A stretch of DNA of 64,000 bases from Trueperaceae bacterium (GTDB taxonomy: Bacteria > Deinococcota > Deinococci > Deinococcales > Trueperaceae), in NCBI GenBank assembly GCA_965215565.1, contig CBDCDZ010000004.1, positions 1,440,001-1,504,000 on the forward strand, given 5' to 3'. The first letter of the stretch is position 1; each line of letters starts with the position of its first letter. Of this stretch, positions 47,280-57,392 are shown one piece after another. The translations under genes were made by a program, and so were the position numbers. The notes under the pieces were generated by a model that did no database searches, had not been told where the DNA came from, and saw only the letters and a program-made list of their open reading frames with translations.

Positions 47280-49799
47280 ATGACACGTACCGGGCACATA
47301 GCCACACTTCTACTAGTTTTACTCGCGTTGATCGGCTGCTCAAACACAGCAACCGATACGCTCGACCAGAGCGCGGCGGCACTGACCCTAGAGCCTATAG
47401 AGGAGAACCAACAAGAAGCAGGCGCAACGAACGGTAAGACTGCCGTGCTCCTACGGACAGATGAGCGCGCCCGCTTCGAGCTTGGTGACGTTCAGAGTGG
47501 CACCTACGAAGTAAGCGTGCGTGCACGTGGTGACAACTACCAGGGCTGGCCCGAGATGCGCCTAGAGGTGGATGGTCAGCAACGTGGTGAAGATAGGCTA
47601 GTAGGCAGTAATGGCTACCTCGAGTACAGCTTCGGTGAGGTCGCGCTCTCCCCAGGGCAAGCTGTAGAGGTTGTTTTCAAAAACGACAACTATGACGGCT
47701 CAGCGGATAGGGACCGCAACCTCTATGTGGATCATCTCATCCTCGAGCCCGTAGCAAGAATAGCGCCAGAGCCAGAGAGCCCCGACGCAAAAGGCGTCAT
47801 CGCCCTACCCCTAGAGGTTATCGGTCCAGACGGTTATATAGAGGGGGTGACTTTTGACCTCGGTGATCCTGCCAAAGTAGACAGCTTGTACCTCAAAGCC
47901 CACCGCTTGGCTTACCGCGACGCCAGCACCAACCCAAACAGGGGTGCGAAGGGCAGTGTGCGCCTCAACGGGGGCGACTGGGTTGACCTCTCGAATGAGA
48001 CGCCGGGGCTCGAATGTTCTGCGCACGAAGCGGCGTACGGCTGCCTCAACGGGGCGTACCACACCGTGCGCTTGAGCGTTCCCATCGAAGGAGCGCGGAC
48101 GGGCACGAACACTCTGGAGTTCCGCTTTAACGGTACAGACAAGCTGACCAGTGGCTACCGTATCGTGGCCTTTAACTTACAGCGCGGCGACGAGGCGGTC
48201 TTACCGGTGGAGACCTTTGCAGAGGATGACCCCGTCAAGTGGGAGCCGCCGCTAAGCAGCGCCAAGGACATCAGGGAAGGTCAGAGGCTCTGGGAAGGGG
48301 CGGCGCTCGTGGATTTTCCAGGTGGACCTAAGATCAGAGCGACCTGCAGCGGCTGCCACGCCGTAGATGGGCGCGATTTGCAGTACTACGCCTTCTCTAA
48401 CTGGTCTATTCAAGAACGGGCTAAGTTTCATAAGCTCTCCGAACTAGAAGGCAAACAGATCGCCTCTTATATCCGCTCGCTCGACGTCGAGCCACACGGA
48501 CGTCCCTGGAACCCGCCCTATCAACCTGGACCTGGGCTAGACAGCAAACCTGTAGAACAGTGGGCTGCGGGGGCAGGTTTAGATGCTGTACTCGAGAAAG
48601 ATGAGGACATGAAAGAGCATCTCTTCCCTAGCGGAACCTCTGACGCTGCCATGCGCAAGATCGTCAACAAGAACGCCACGCTCAACGTTCGCGAGATGCC
48701 TGTATCTCTACAGTTCCCCGACTGGCAGGCGTGGCTGCCCGAGGCGCACCCACTCGATATTTGGGGCCAAGGGTTTGAAACGAGCGAAATTCACCACGGC
48801 GAGACGTATCCTGAAACTTACGAGCGGGTGCGCCGCGAACTGGAGGCTAGAGGCGGCTCAGCGCTCGCCGCGGCGGGCGAACTCGAGCCCTTGCTGAACG
48901 ATTTAGCCACCCAAACCACCAACTTATCGAGCAAACGCAAGGGCGTACTGGACCGGGACGTCCCTGAAAGCAAAAGGGAGATACTCAACCGCTCGACCTT
49001 GCGCTGGGGGGCGGTCAAGACCTGGGAAGTGATGCAGGAGTTTGGACTAGAGGACCTAGCACCTGAAGTATTCTCCAATGGCGAGGCGCGTAGTTGGATC
49101 AGCACGCGGCGCAACGTCTTTGAAATCGCGCCGCACCGCTCGGCAGTGAACAGAAACAGCTTTCCCTACCAAACAATTTTGGTCGGCAAATATGAGTCTA
49201 CCGCTTGGTACCAGTTGCAACTCACACTCAACGCAGGCAACGGCGGTGGCATCCACCTCTGGCCCGTCGATTGGAACTATCAGCCCAACCACATCGAAGG
49301 GTTACGGGGTAAGGGCAGCGGACCCGCTCATCCTTACCGCTACTTAGCTTCGCACACCAAGATGCACCAACAGTTCGCCGACGGCGACCCGATGCCAGAA
49401 ACGGCATTGGGCTTCAGACAACTTCAAATTCACCGTTACGTACCGGGGCAAGGGCACGGCCGCACCTTGGACACGCTACCTACAAGCGTCCGCGCGAACG
49501 CTTATGAAGCACTTCTCAACTCAACTGTGGACGTTTTAGAGCAGTACCGTCCGAGCGACTGGGCGCGGGGCAAGGCACAAAAGAACGTCCTCGAGCCCGC
49601 CAATTACCGCCTTACCAAGCCGAATATTCCTCGAGACCGTCTCAGCGGAGAGTGCCACACCGAAGATTACGCCAACTGCTGGTATAGCGCGGTCCCCTAT
49701 TTTGAAGAGCTAGGAGTTGATGATGGGACCTTGGAGAGACTTGTGAATTGGGGACAAAGTATTTGGCCCCGTAACGACTGGAAACGGCTGACGCCTTGA
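47280..49799 (+). CDS. Lipoprotein: CBM-like module plus uncharacterised region with one CxxCH heme c motif
   Basis: GGAG SD, ATG 47280, LIGC lipobox, shared module, TCSGCH at 48345-48359. Confidence 0.75.
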   Translation: MTRTGHIATLLLVLLALIGCSNTATDTLDQSAAALTLEPIEENQQEAGATNGKTAVLLRTDERARFELGDVQSGTYEVSVRARGDNYQGWPEMRLEVDGQQRGEDRLVGSNGYLEYSFGEVALSPGQAVEVVFKNDNYDGSADRDRNLYVDHLILEPVARIAPEPESPDAKGVIALPLEVIGPDGYIEGVTFDLGDPAKVDSLYLKAHRLAYRDASTNPNRGAKGSVRLNGGDWVDLSNETPGLECSAHEAAYGCLNGAYHTVRLSVPIEGARTGTNTLEFRFNGTDKLTSGYRIVAFNLQRGDEAVLPVETFAEDDPVKWEPPLSSAKDIREGQRLWEGAALVDFPGGPKIRATCSGCHAVDGRDLQYYAFSNWSIQERAKFHKLSELEGKQIASYIRSLDVEPHGRPWNPPYQPGPGLDSKPVEQWAAGAGLDAVLEKDEDMKEHLFPSGTSDAAMRKIVNKNATLNVREMPVSLQFPDWQAWLPEAHPLDIWGQGFETSEIHHGETYPETYERVRRELEARGGSALAAAGELEPLLNDLATQTTNLSSKRKGVLDRDVPESKREILNRSTLRWGAVKTWEVMQEFGLEDLAPEVFSNGEARSWISTRRNVFEIAPHRSAVNRNSFPYQTILVGKYESTAWYQLQLTLNAGNGGGIHLWPVDWNYQPNHIEGLRGKGSGPAHPYRYLASHTKMHQQFADGDPMPETALGFRQLQIHRYVPGQGHGRTLDTLPTSVRANAYEALLNSTVDVLEQYRPSDWARGKAQKNVLEPANYRLTKPNIPRDRLSGECHTEDYANCWYSAVPYFEELGVDDGTLERLVNWGQSIWPRNDWKRLTP

Positions 49800-50159
49800 G
49801 CTGCAGAGTGTTTATACTACCGGCGTAAATGCCCGCTATTTCTTACAAGGAAGTTACGACGTGACACCTTCGCCTGTTTAAGCCGCACCTCAATGGTCAG
49901 CGCCTGCACCGACGTCACCTTTAAGCCTGAAAACACCCATTTCGGCGTCTAAGCGCAGCGGTCAACCCAACGCGCTCCGATCAACCTAGGCGCGTCTCGC
50001 CACGAAAGGTCCTACTGTGAGACACTCCACGCTGCTCAGACCTCAACCCTCGTGCCAAGCGTTTTGCAAGACGCTGTCGGCACAGAACGTTTGCTACGGC
50101 AGCAAGCTTAACCAATGTTGTTTAGTCTGCCGAACGTCTACTCCACGCTCTGCATATCC

Positions 50160-50343
50160 TAGCAGGTATCATCTGGTTTGAGACAGTCTCACTATGCAAA
50201 GCGGTGTTTCCTGCGGAAAACTGCGTAACTAGCACGCACGTTCGAAGATGAAATCCCGCAACGGCAGGGCGGCCTGCCCGTAACGCTAGTCCTTGCGGAC
50301 AGAGACCTGCGCTCATCCGTCTCAGTATGTCTTGGAACTGCTA
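50160..50343 (-). mobile_element. Family A MITE-like repeat
   Basis: TAGCAGGTATCATCTGGTTTGAGAC ... GTCTCAGTATGTCTTGGAACTGCTA. Confidence 0.85.
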
Positions 50344-50460
50344 TCCCTAGCAACTCTTAACTAAAAAACTTCCCGCTCTTTGTCTTAAGGTTACATCGGT
50401 AAACTCGCCACTTTGTTTTCACATTAAAGAGGCGGGTCACCCGTCCCCAAAGGAGGCGAC

Positions 50461-52333
50461 ATGAAGCACATCAAGCACATACCTCTTACACTCCTGGTAG
50501 CCCTACTCGCGCTGATTGGCTGCTCAAACACAGCAACCGATATGCTCGACGAAAGCGCAGCCCCCGCAGCCCTGACCCTAGAGCCTATAGAGGAGAACCA
50601 AGAAGAAGCGGACGCCCTCAACGGTAAGACCGCCGTGCTCCTGCGAACAGGCGAACGCGCCCGCTTCGAGATTGGTGACGTTCAGAGCGGCACCTACAAA
50701 GTAAGCGTACGTGCACGCGGTGACAACTACGAGGGCTGGCCGGTCATGCGCTTGACGGTGAATAATCAGCAGCTAGGTGAGGACGTACTAGTAGGCAGTA
50801 ATGGCTACCGCGAGTACACCTTTGGCGAGGTCGCACTCTCTTCAAGACAAGTGATAGAGGCTGTTTTCACAAACGACAACTATGACGGCTCAGCGGATAG
50901 AGACCGCAACCTCTATGTGGACCAGCTCACGCTAGAACCGGTCAGGACAGACCCGTCGCCGCCTGGTGAAGAAGGCGACCCTCCTCTTCCTCCTCCTAGC
51001 GAAGACGATACACCTACGGCAAGCCCCTCGTCTCTACCCGCTTTTCCGGGGGCGGAAGGATTTGGCTCAGACACCGTTCATGGGCGCGGCGGGCGCGTTA
51101 TCGCAGTGACGAACCTCAACGATTCGGGCGCGGGAAGTTTAAGGGCGGCGCTCGAGGCCAGTGGTCCGCGCATCGTCGTATTCCGGGTTGGGGGCATCAT
51201 CGAACTGCGCCGAGATATTACGATCACGAAACCCTACCTGATGGTCGCAGGTCAGACTGCGCCGGGAGACGGTATCGCAATCAAGAACGCAGGCATCTCG
51301 GTCGCAGCGCACGACGTTGTTTTGCGCTACTTGCGGGGAAGACCGGGCGACGCGCCTGGAGAAGACCCCGAAGACCGCGACAGCTTTCAGGTTGTCTCTC
51401 CCAGGATAAACGGTAGCCGCCCCGAGGTCTACAACGTCGTCCTCGACCACCTCTCGGCGAGCTGGGCGATTGACGAAGTGATGAGCATCTGGGGCGAAAG
51501 GTACAGGGAAGACCTCGTTCATGACGTGACAATTCAGTGGAGCATCATCTCTGAAGCGCTTGATGACAGTTTGCATCCTAAGGGTCCCCACGGCAAAGGC
51601 TTACTCATCGGCGACGGAACAAAGCGTATCAGCGTGCATCACAACTTATTCGCCCACAACCCCGATCGCCATCCACTTATAAAGTCCGGCACGTCAGTCC
51701 AACTCATCAATAATGTAATGTATAACGCTCCTGGGGGCACGGAACTTGCCGACGCCGAAGAAACGAACATGCCAGTCTTCGTCGACACTATAAGCAACTT
51801 CTATAAAGCAGGTCCGAACAGCTCAAACAATACTTGGGCTATGACGATCAAACCGAACATAATATCGTCATCGTCCGTTTACGCTGAAGGCAACTTGAGC
51901 CCGCAGCGCCCTACTGACGAAGGCGATGAGTGGCTCGGCGTACGTGCGCCTGGCGGTGAACCTGGACCTTACCGGGCAGGAAGCCCCGTAGTGGGTGAGC
52001 CTAACGTACAGATCGCTCCAGCGCAGCAGGCTTACGAAGCGGTGCTCAGCGACGCGGGTGCGACGTTACCAGCGCGTGACCGTGTAGATACTAGGGTTGT
52101 GGAAGACGTCAGGAGTGGTAGAGGCCGCTTCATTGACTCGCCACGTGAGATCGGCGGTTACCCGAGCTACGCCTTTGGTCAAGTACCTGAGGACAGCGAC
52201 GGGGACGGGATGTCCGACGCTTGGGAGAGAGAGTATGGCTTTGCGTTTAACGACGTTTCTGACGGACCTGAGAGACGCTGACGGAGACGGATACACCAAC
52301 GTCGAGGAGTTTTTGAACGGGACGAAGCCGTAG
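50461..52333 (+). CDS. Lipoprotein: CBM-like module plus PL1-type pectate lyase; frameshift near 52271 truncates the last DxDGDG repeat (ORF as read ends 52281)
   Basis: LPAFPGAEGFG..T..GRGG.VI.VTNLNDSG.GSLR, AGQTAPGDGI, LDHLSASWAIDE, HHNLFAHN..RHP, DSDGDGM.D.WE. Confidence 0.85.
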
Positions 52334-52398
52334 CCTCAGGACCGCGGCTATGACGTCGGCGGACGTTCACGTGGGCGGCTTTGCGTTAGCGTAGGCAG

Positions 52399-53553
52399 AT
52401 GTCTCTGCCTACCTTGACGCTCAACCCGAAGCTCGAGCCCGCCCTCAAGTCCAACCACCCCTGGGTCTACCGCAACCACCTGCCTAAACACGCGCTGCAA
52501 ACGGGCGACTGGGTGCGTGTGGAGGCGGGCAGCGCGCACCGCATTGGACTTTACGACGACGAAAGCGCCATCGCCCTGCGGCTTTTTAGCAGCGAGAGCG
52601 TGCCGGATAGAGATTTTATTGAAGCGAAGGTGAAAGACGCGCTGAAGCTGCGCGAAGCGTTTATCAACCCAGAGGTGACAAACGCTTACCGTTTGCTCTT
52701 CGGTGAAGGCGACTTTTTACCCAGCGTCACCATTGACCTTTACGAACGCTACGCCGCGCTGCAAACCTACGCGAAGAGCGTCGAGGTTATCGTAACGGAT
52801 ATAGTCAAAGCGCTCAGCAAGCATCTCAAACTAAGGGGGATTGTGCGGAAAACGCAGAACGGCTTGGACCCTCTTTACGGCAAACGCCCGCCGCCCGAAC
52901 TCACAGTCAAAGAGAACGGCTTGGACCTCATCGCCAACCTTTACGAGGGACAAAAGACCGGCTTGTTCTTGGACCACCGCGACAACCGGGCGACGCTGGA
53001 GAGGGTCTGTGAGGGTAAAACCGTGCTCAACCTCTTCTCGTACACGGGCGCGTTCTCGCTCTACGCGGCGAGGGGCGGCGCGGCGCATGTCACGAGCGTG
53101 GACACAGCGAATGCGGCAAACGAGGACGCGGCACGCAATTTTGCGATGAACGGCTTCGCCCCTGGTGGGCACAACTTCGTGACGGCGGATTGTTTCGAGT
53201 TGCTCGAGACTTACACCAAAGAAAAACGCCAGTTCGACGTGGTTGTGCTAGACCCACCCTCGCTAGCCCGCAACAAAAAGAGCAAATTCGCCGCCCTGCG
53301 CGCCTACAAGAAGCTCAACACCTCCGCGCTCAGATGCGTGAAACCGGGAGGGCTTTTGGCGAGCGCGAGCTGCACCTCGCAGGTGTCGCCGGAGGATTTC
53401 AAAGGGGTATTGGGGGACGCCGCGCGTGACGCGAACGTCCGTTTGCAGCTCGTCCACGAAGCCGGACACGCGCCTGACCACCCCGTGCCCGCCAGCTTCC
53501 CCGAGGGACGCTATCTCAAGTTTGTGATGGGGCGCGTGCTACCGGGGGCGTGA
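52399..53553 (+). CDS. RlmI-like class I SAM-dependent rRNA methyltransferase
   Basis: HPWVY PUA domain, GQKTGLFLDHRDNR, VLNLFSYTGAF, VVLDPP, APDHPV...PEGRYLK. Confidence 0.9.
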   Translation: MSLPTLTLNPKLEPALKSNHPWVYRNHLPKHALQTGDWVRVEAGSAHRIGLYDDESAIALRLFSSESVPDRDFIEAKVKDALKLREAFINPEVTNAYRLLFGEGDFLPSVTIDLYERYAALQTYAKSVEVIVTDIVKALSKHLKLRGIVRKTQNGLDPLYGKRPPPELTVKENGLDLIANLYEGQKTGLFLDHRDNRATLERVCEGKTVLNLFSYTGAFSLYAARGGAAHVTSVDTANAANEDAARNFAMNGFAPGGHNFVTADCFELLETYTKEKRQFDVVVLDPPSLARNKKSKFAALRAYKKLNTSALRCVKPGGLLASASCTSQVSPEDFKGVLGDAARDANVRLQLVHEAGHAPDHPVPASFPEGRYLKFVMGRVLPGA

Positions 53554-54424
53554 CCTCTTGGCCGAGTTTGGTCACCTGACGCCTTAGCCACTCGAGCACG
53601 TCCTCCAAGGGTCCCGCTTCCGGCTCGTTAAAAAGCTCGTGGTAAAACCCAGGGTAGAGCTTCAAGGTTTTATCGTCCGTGAGCGCCGCGTCGTAGAGCG
53701 CCTGGCTGCCCGCAACGTCGGCGATTGCGTCCGCGTCGCCGTGCATCACGAGGAGGGGCAGGTGGCTGATATGCTCGGCTCGCGTCAGCACGTAGGGTCC
53801 GGCGCTCAAGAGTTCCGCGCCCAGGCGCGCCTTGACCTTGCCGTGATAGACGAGCGGGTCGCTTTTGTAAGCTTGGACGACGCCTTCGTCCCGAGACAGC
53901 GCGGACGTGTCTAGCTCCTGCACGGGTAGACTAGGGAAGTAGCGGCTAAAGGCGCGCGAGAGCCTAAGGAGCAGCGGGTGAATCTCGGCGGCGTTTTGGA
54001 TATACGCGGCGCTCAGGATGACGCCGTCCATCTTTTCGGGGTGCTCTAGGGCGAGCTGCAGCGCCACCATGCCGCCCATGCTGTGCCCCAAAACGAAGCG
54101 CGGCACATCGGGGTGTAGTTGGCGCACATGCTCCGTGAAGTCGCCTAAATCCATGACGAACTCGCGAAAGACGTTCACGTTGGCGCGTTCCCCTTCGCTC
54201 TTGCCGTGCCCCCTCTGGTCATAGGCGTAGACGGCGTAACCGCGTTCTGTGAGCCTTTCGGCGACGCGCGTGTAGCGCGACGAGTGCTCGGCGTAGCCGT
54301 GCGCAAGCACCACACAGGCGCGCACGCCCGAGTTTGCCCCTTCCACCTCGGCGGGGGGCAGCCAGTGTTGAGTATAGAGCGTCAGCCCGTCGCTCGTTCT
54401 AAACGAGCCCGTGGTGTGCTGCAT
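53516..54424 (-). CDS. Lysophospholipase/monoacylglycerol lipase (alpha/beta hydrolase)
   Basis: HGYAEHS.RY, DQRGHGKSEG, GHSMGG, YHELFNEP. Confidence 0.9.
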   Translation of the reverse strand: MQHTTGSFRTSDGLTLYTQHWLPPAEVEGANSGVRACVVLAHGYAEHSSRYTRVAERLTERGYAVYAYDQRGHGKSEGERANVNVFREFVMDLGDFTEHVRQLHPDVPRFVLGHSMGGMVALQLALEHPEKMDGVILSAAYIQNAAEIHPLLLRLSRAFSRYFPSLPVQELDTSALSRDEGVVQAYKSDPLVYHGKVKARLGAELLSAGPYVLTRAEHISHLPLLVMHGDADAIADVAGSQALYDAALTDDKTLKLYPGFYHELFNEPEAGPLEDVLEWLRRQVTKLGQEVTPPVARAPSQT

Positions 54425-54595
54425 AAGCCCTCCTCTGTGGTGCGCCTTAAAGTCAGAACAGGATACCCTATTTCGGGCGGACTCGAGCGGGAACGGGCGA
54501 TGAGCGGGTTTCTAACAGCGCAGCTCGGAAGTGAGCGTTACGGCTAAGAGGTCATTGAGAGGGAAGATAGGGCGATGAGGCGACGCCTATTCTGC

Positions 54596-54868
54596 TCAGC
54601 GCCCCGTCGCCTCCCCTTTCACCTCCGCCAGCTCGAAGCGCACCTCTTCCATCACCGGGTTGCTGAGCACTTGGGTGGCTATTTCCTGCAGTTGCGCTTC
54701 TACGTCTTCGCGCTCGCCCGAGAGGGTGAGTTCGATGTATTTGCCAACGCGCAAGTCGCCCAAATTGTCGTGACCCAGGCGCTTCAAGGTGTTCTCCACG
54801 GTGCGCCCTTGCGGGTCTAAGATAGCGCGTTTAAGCGTGACGTAGACTTCGGCGCGGTATTCAGGCAT
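54596..54868 (-). CDS. purS: Phosphoribosylformylglycinamidine synthase subunit PurS
   Basis: [24 protein letters not shown]. Confidence 0.95.
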   Translation of the reverse strand: MPEYRAEVYVTLKRAILDPQGRTVENTLKRLGHDNLGDLRVGKYIELTLSGEREDVEAQLQEIATQVLSNPVMEEVRFELAEVKGEATGR

Positions 54869-55586
54869 GGCGGGTCCCTCCGGGTAGGACACGCTTCGCC
54901 ACCTCTTTGTACGCCTCTTCGACGCCGCCCAAGTCGCGCCGAAAGCGGTCCTTGTCGAGCTTTTCGCCGCTCGCGGCGTCCCACAAGCGGCAGGTGTCGG
55001 GGCTGATTTCGTCCGCTAGGATGATCTCGCCCGAGGGCAAACGCCCGAACTCGAGCTTGAAGTCTACGAGCCTCAACCCGCGCTCTGCGAAAAAGGGCGC
55101 TAAGACGTTGTTGATTTTGAGCGACATCTCGTAGAGCGTCTCCAACTCCTCCTCGGTAGCGAAGCCGAGCGCCACCGCCGTCAGGCTATTCATCGGCGGA
55201 TCGCCCAGCTCGTCGGACTTGTAGCACCACTCCACCACGCGCGGGCTCAGCTCGCCGCCTTCGGGAACGCCGTAGCGCTTCGCAAAGGAGCCCGCCGCCA
55301 CGTTGCGCACGATGACCTCGACCGGGATGATGCTCACCGCCCTGACGAGCTGCGCCTGCTCGGAGAGCGTCTCCACGAAATGCGTCGGGACGCCCCGCGC
55401 CCCCAACACCTCGAACAGCCGCGCGCTCACCGCATTGTTGAGCGCACCCTTGCCCCGAACCACCCCGCGCTTTTGCGCGTTAAAAGCGGTCGCGTCGTCC
55501 TTATATTCGACGACGAAGAGGTGCGGATCGTCCGTGGCGAAGACCTTTTTGGCTTTGCCCTCGTAGCGCTGCTCGAGCCTATTCAT
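54861..55586 (-). CDS. purC: SAICAR synthase
   Basis: [53 protein letters not shown]. Confidence 0.97.
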   Translation of the reverse strand: MNRLEQRYEGKAKKVFATDDPHLFVVEYKDDATAFNAQKRGVVRGKGALNNAVSARLFEVLGARGVPTHFVETLSEQAQLVRAVSIIPVEVIVRNVAAGSFAKRYGVPEGGELSPRVVEWCYKSDELGDPPMNSLTAVALGFATEEELETLYEMSLKINNVLAPFFAERGLRLVDFKLEFGRLPSGEIILADEISPDTCRLWDAASGEKLDKDRFRRDLGGVEEAYKEVAKRVLPGGTRHA

Positions 55587-55596
55587 AAGCTTACTA

Positions 55597-55729
55597 TAGC
55601 AATTAACATAAGTACTGATTGGAATAGCGCAAGTATCATTCTCAAATGTGTGTGCTGCTTACGAAGTTTTCGCAAAGCGAAACGGTGTTCTACATCATGA
55701 GAGCGTTCCAAACCAAATGATACTTGCTA
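55597..55729 (+). mobile_element. Family A MITE-like repeat
   Basis: TAGCAATT..AAGTACTGATTGGAATAGCGCAAGTATCAT ... CAAACCAAATGATACTTGCTA. Confidence 0.75.
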
Positions 55730-55763
55730 TATAACGTGTATATCGGGGGAGGTAGAGGGAGCG

Positions 55764-56237
55764 CTAACGCCCTAACGCCACCTCATAGACGGTCCTCGAC
55801 CTCGCGCCGTCCCTGCATACAACCTCATCGGCGGCGGAGAAGGTGCCCCTCAGCCGTCCATTCTGTAGGGTGAGTTGGGCGCTGAGGCTTGAGCCGTCCA
55901 GCGTCGAGACGAGACCCGTGACGGTGCCCGCTCGAGCGCTGCCCCCGAAAGGAAATTCGCGGCTGGCGAGCGTGAACTGTCCCTCTAGCGCCTCGTCGTC
56001 ACCCGTTAGCTCGAGGCTTATAAAAACGGGCGAGCGCGAGCCGCAGGTTTCGATAATGGCGTTCTCGTCCGTCCACGTACCGGTGAGGTTGGTCTCATCG
56101 GCAGCGCCCTCGACGTTCGCGCTGTTAGAGACAACGCCATCAGAGACAGTAGCCGAGCCAGAGCCGCCACCGGCTGTAGCGGGCACCGAGCAAGCTGTGA
56201 GCAACATAGGGAGAAACAGGCAGATAGCGAGCTTCAA
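55764..56237 (-). CDS. Hypothetical lipoprotein
   Basis: GGAGG SD, TTG start, LLTAC lipobox. Confidence 0.75.
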   Translation of the reverse strand: MKLAICLFLPMLLTACSVPATAGGGSGSATVSDGVVSNSANVEGAADETNLTGTWTDENAIIETCGSRSPVFISLELTGDDEALEGQFTLASREFPFGGSARAGTVTGLVSTLDGSSLSAQLTLQNGRLRGTFSAADEVVCRDGARSRTVYEVALGR

Positions 56238-56256
56238 AGCGGTCCTCCTGATATAT

Positions 56257-56411
56257 TAGCAGTTCCAAGACACACTGAGACAAAGTGCCGCAGGCATCAT
56301 TACTGAATGTGCGTACTAGTTAGGCACTTTTCGCAGAGCGAAACGTTGCTTCGGACAGTGAGCGTGTTGCTTCGCATCGCTTCGCGCACTCAAACCAGAT
56401 GATACCTGCTA
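56257..56411 (+). mobile_element. Family A MITE-like repeat
   Basis: TAGCAGTTCCAAGACACACTGAGAC ... CAAACCAGATGATACCTGCTA. Confidence 0.85.
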
Positions 56412-56442
56412 CATTATGTCTAAACCAGGCTACAATACCACT

Positions 56443-57162
56443 ATGCTCATCTACGGTAAACAAGCAGTCACCGAAGCCTTACAAGAGGGCGACGTGCAGC
56501 GCCTTTTCATCGCCAACGGCGTGCAGCCGGGCACGGTCAAACAGTTGGAGTCTTTAGCCAAACGCTTTGGTGTCCCCTTCGAGCACGTGCCGCGCATCGA
56601 CTTGGATCAGACTTTGAAGACGACGCGGCATCAGGGCATCGCCGCCGAACTGCCCGAGCTGACCTACGCCGAGCCCGAGGCACCTTTTAGGCGCGCGGAG
56701 GCGCGCGGCGAAAAGCTCCTTCTCATTCTCTTGGATCAACTGAGCGACCCGCGCAACTACGGTGCGATCATCCGCAGCGCCGAGGTGTTGGGCGCGCACG
56801 GTGTCGTCACCGAAGAGCGGCGGAGCGCGCCCCTGTCGGCGGTCGTCGCGAAAACGTCGGCGGGCGCGAGCAGCCACCTCCCCCTCGTCCAGGTCAAGAA
56901 CTTGCCGCGCTACATCGACGGGCTCAAAAAGCGCAACGTCTGGATTTACGGCGCGTCGGGGGACGCCTATAACAAACCCAGTGACATCGACTGGGACAGG
57001 GACGCTGCACTCGTCATCGGCTCCGAGGGCTCGGGGATGCGCCGCTTGGTGCGGGACAAGTGCGACGACACCGTGATGATCCCGATGCGGGGGCAAGTGG
57101 CGTCTTTGAATGCGTCGGTGGCGGCGGGAATCTTGATCTACGCGGTGATGAACGCGCGGTAG
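56443..57162 (+). CDS. rlmB: 23S rRNA (G2251) 2'-O-methyltransferase (TrmH/SpoU family)
   Basis: IYG..AV.EAL, HQGI, LD...DPRNYGAIIRSA, IGSEG.GM, SLNASVAA; TACAAT 6 nt before ATG. Confidence 0.9.
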   Translation: MLIYGKQAVTEALQEGDVQRLFIANGVQPGTVKQLESLAKRFGVPFEHVPRIDLDQTLKTTRHQGIAAELPELTYAEPEAPFRRAEARGEKLLLILLDQLSDPRNYGAIIRSAEVLGAHGVVTEERRSAPLSAVVAKTSAGASSHLPLVQVKNLPRYIDGLKKRNVWIYGASGDAYNKPSDIDWDRDAALVIGSEGSGMRRLVRDKCDDTVMIPMRGQVASLNASVAAGILIYAVMNAR

Positions 57163-57166
57163 AGCA

Positions 57167-57300
57167 GGTAGTGGGTCTATGCCAAATGCCGACGGGTATG
57201 TCTCGCGCCGTTTCCGTGTGATGAGCAAGGGGTTCCGTGTAAACAAGGGGTTTCAACCCCTTGCTCTGACATTCATATCATTACCGAATAGAGCCCTACC
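57167..57300 (-). repeat. Repeat family C copy 2
   Basis: GGTAGTGGGTCTAT...ATAGAGCCCTACC ends; AACAAGGGGTTTCAACCCCTTGCT hairpin. Confidence 0.65.
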
Positions 57301-57392
57301 GGAGTGAGACGCAACCGAGTTCCTTTCTCCCTACTTCTCTTAAAGCAGTGCACCAACTAAAACGCGCGAGACACGCTAAACTTAAAGCGTGA

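Noticed and set aside
49845..49960. Possible relic of a fifth lipoprotein (MVSACTDVTFKPENTHFGV*)
   Set aside because: Too short and degenerate, and no similarity to the shared module.
43474..52333. Diversity-generating retroelement or invertase shufflon behind the repeated modules
   Set aside because: No reverse transcriptase or recombinase; all copies are direct, and differences are not adenine-specific.
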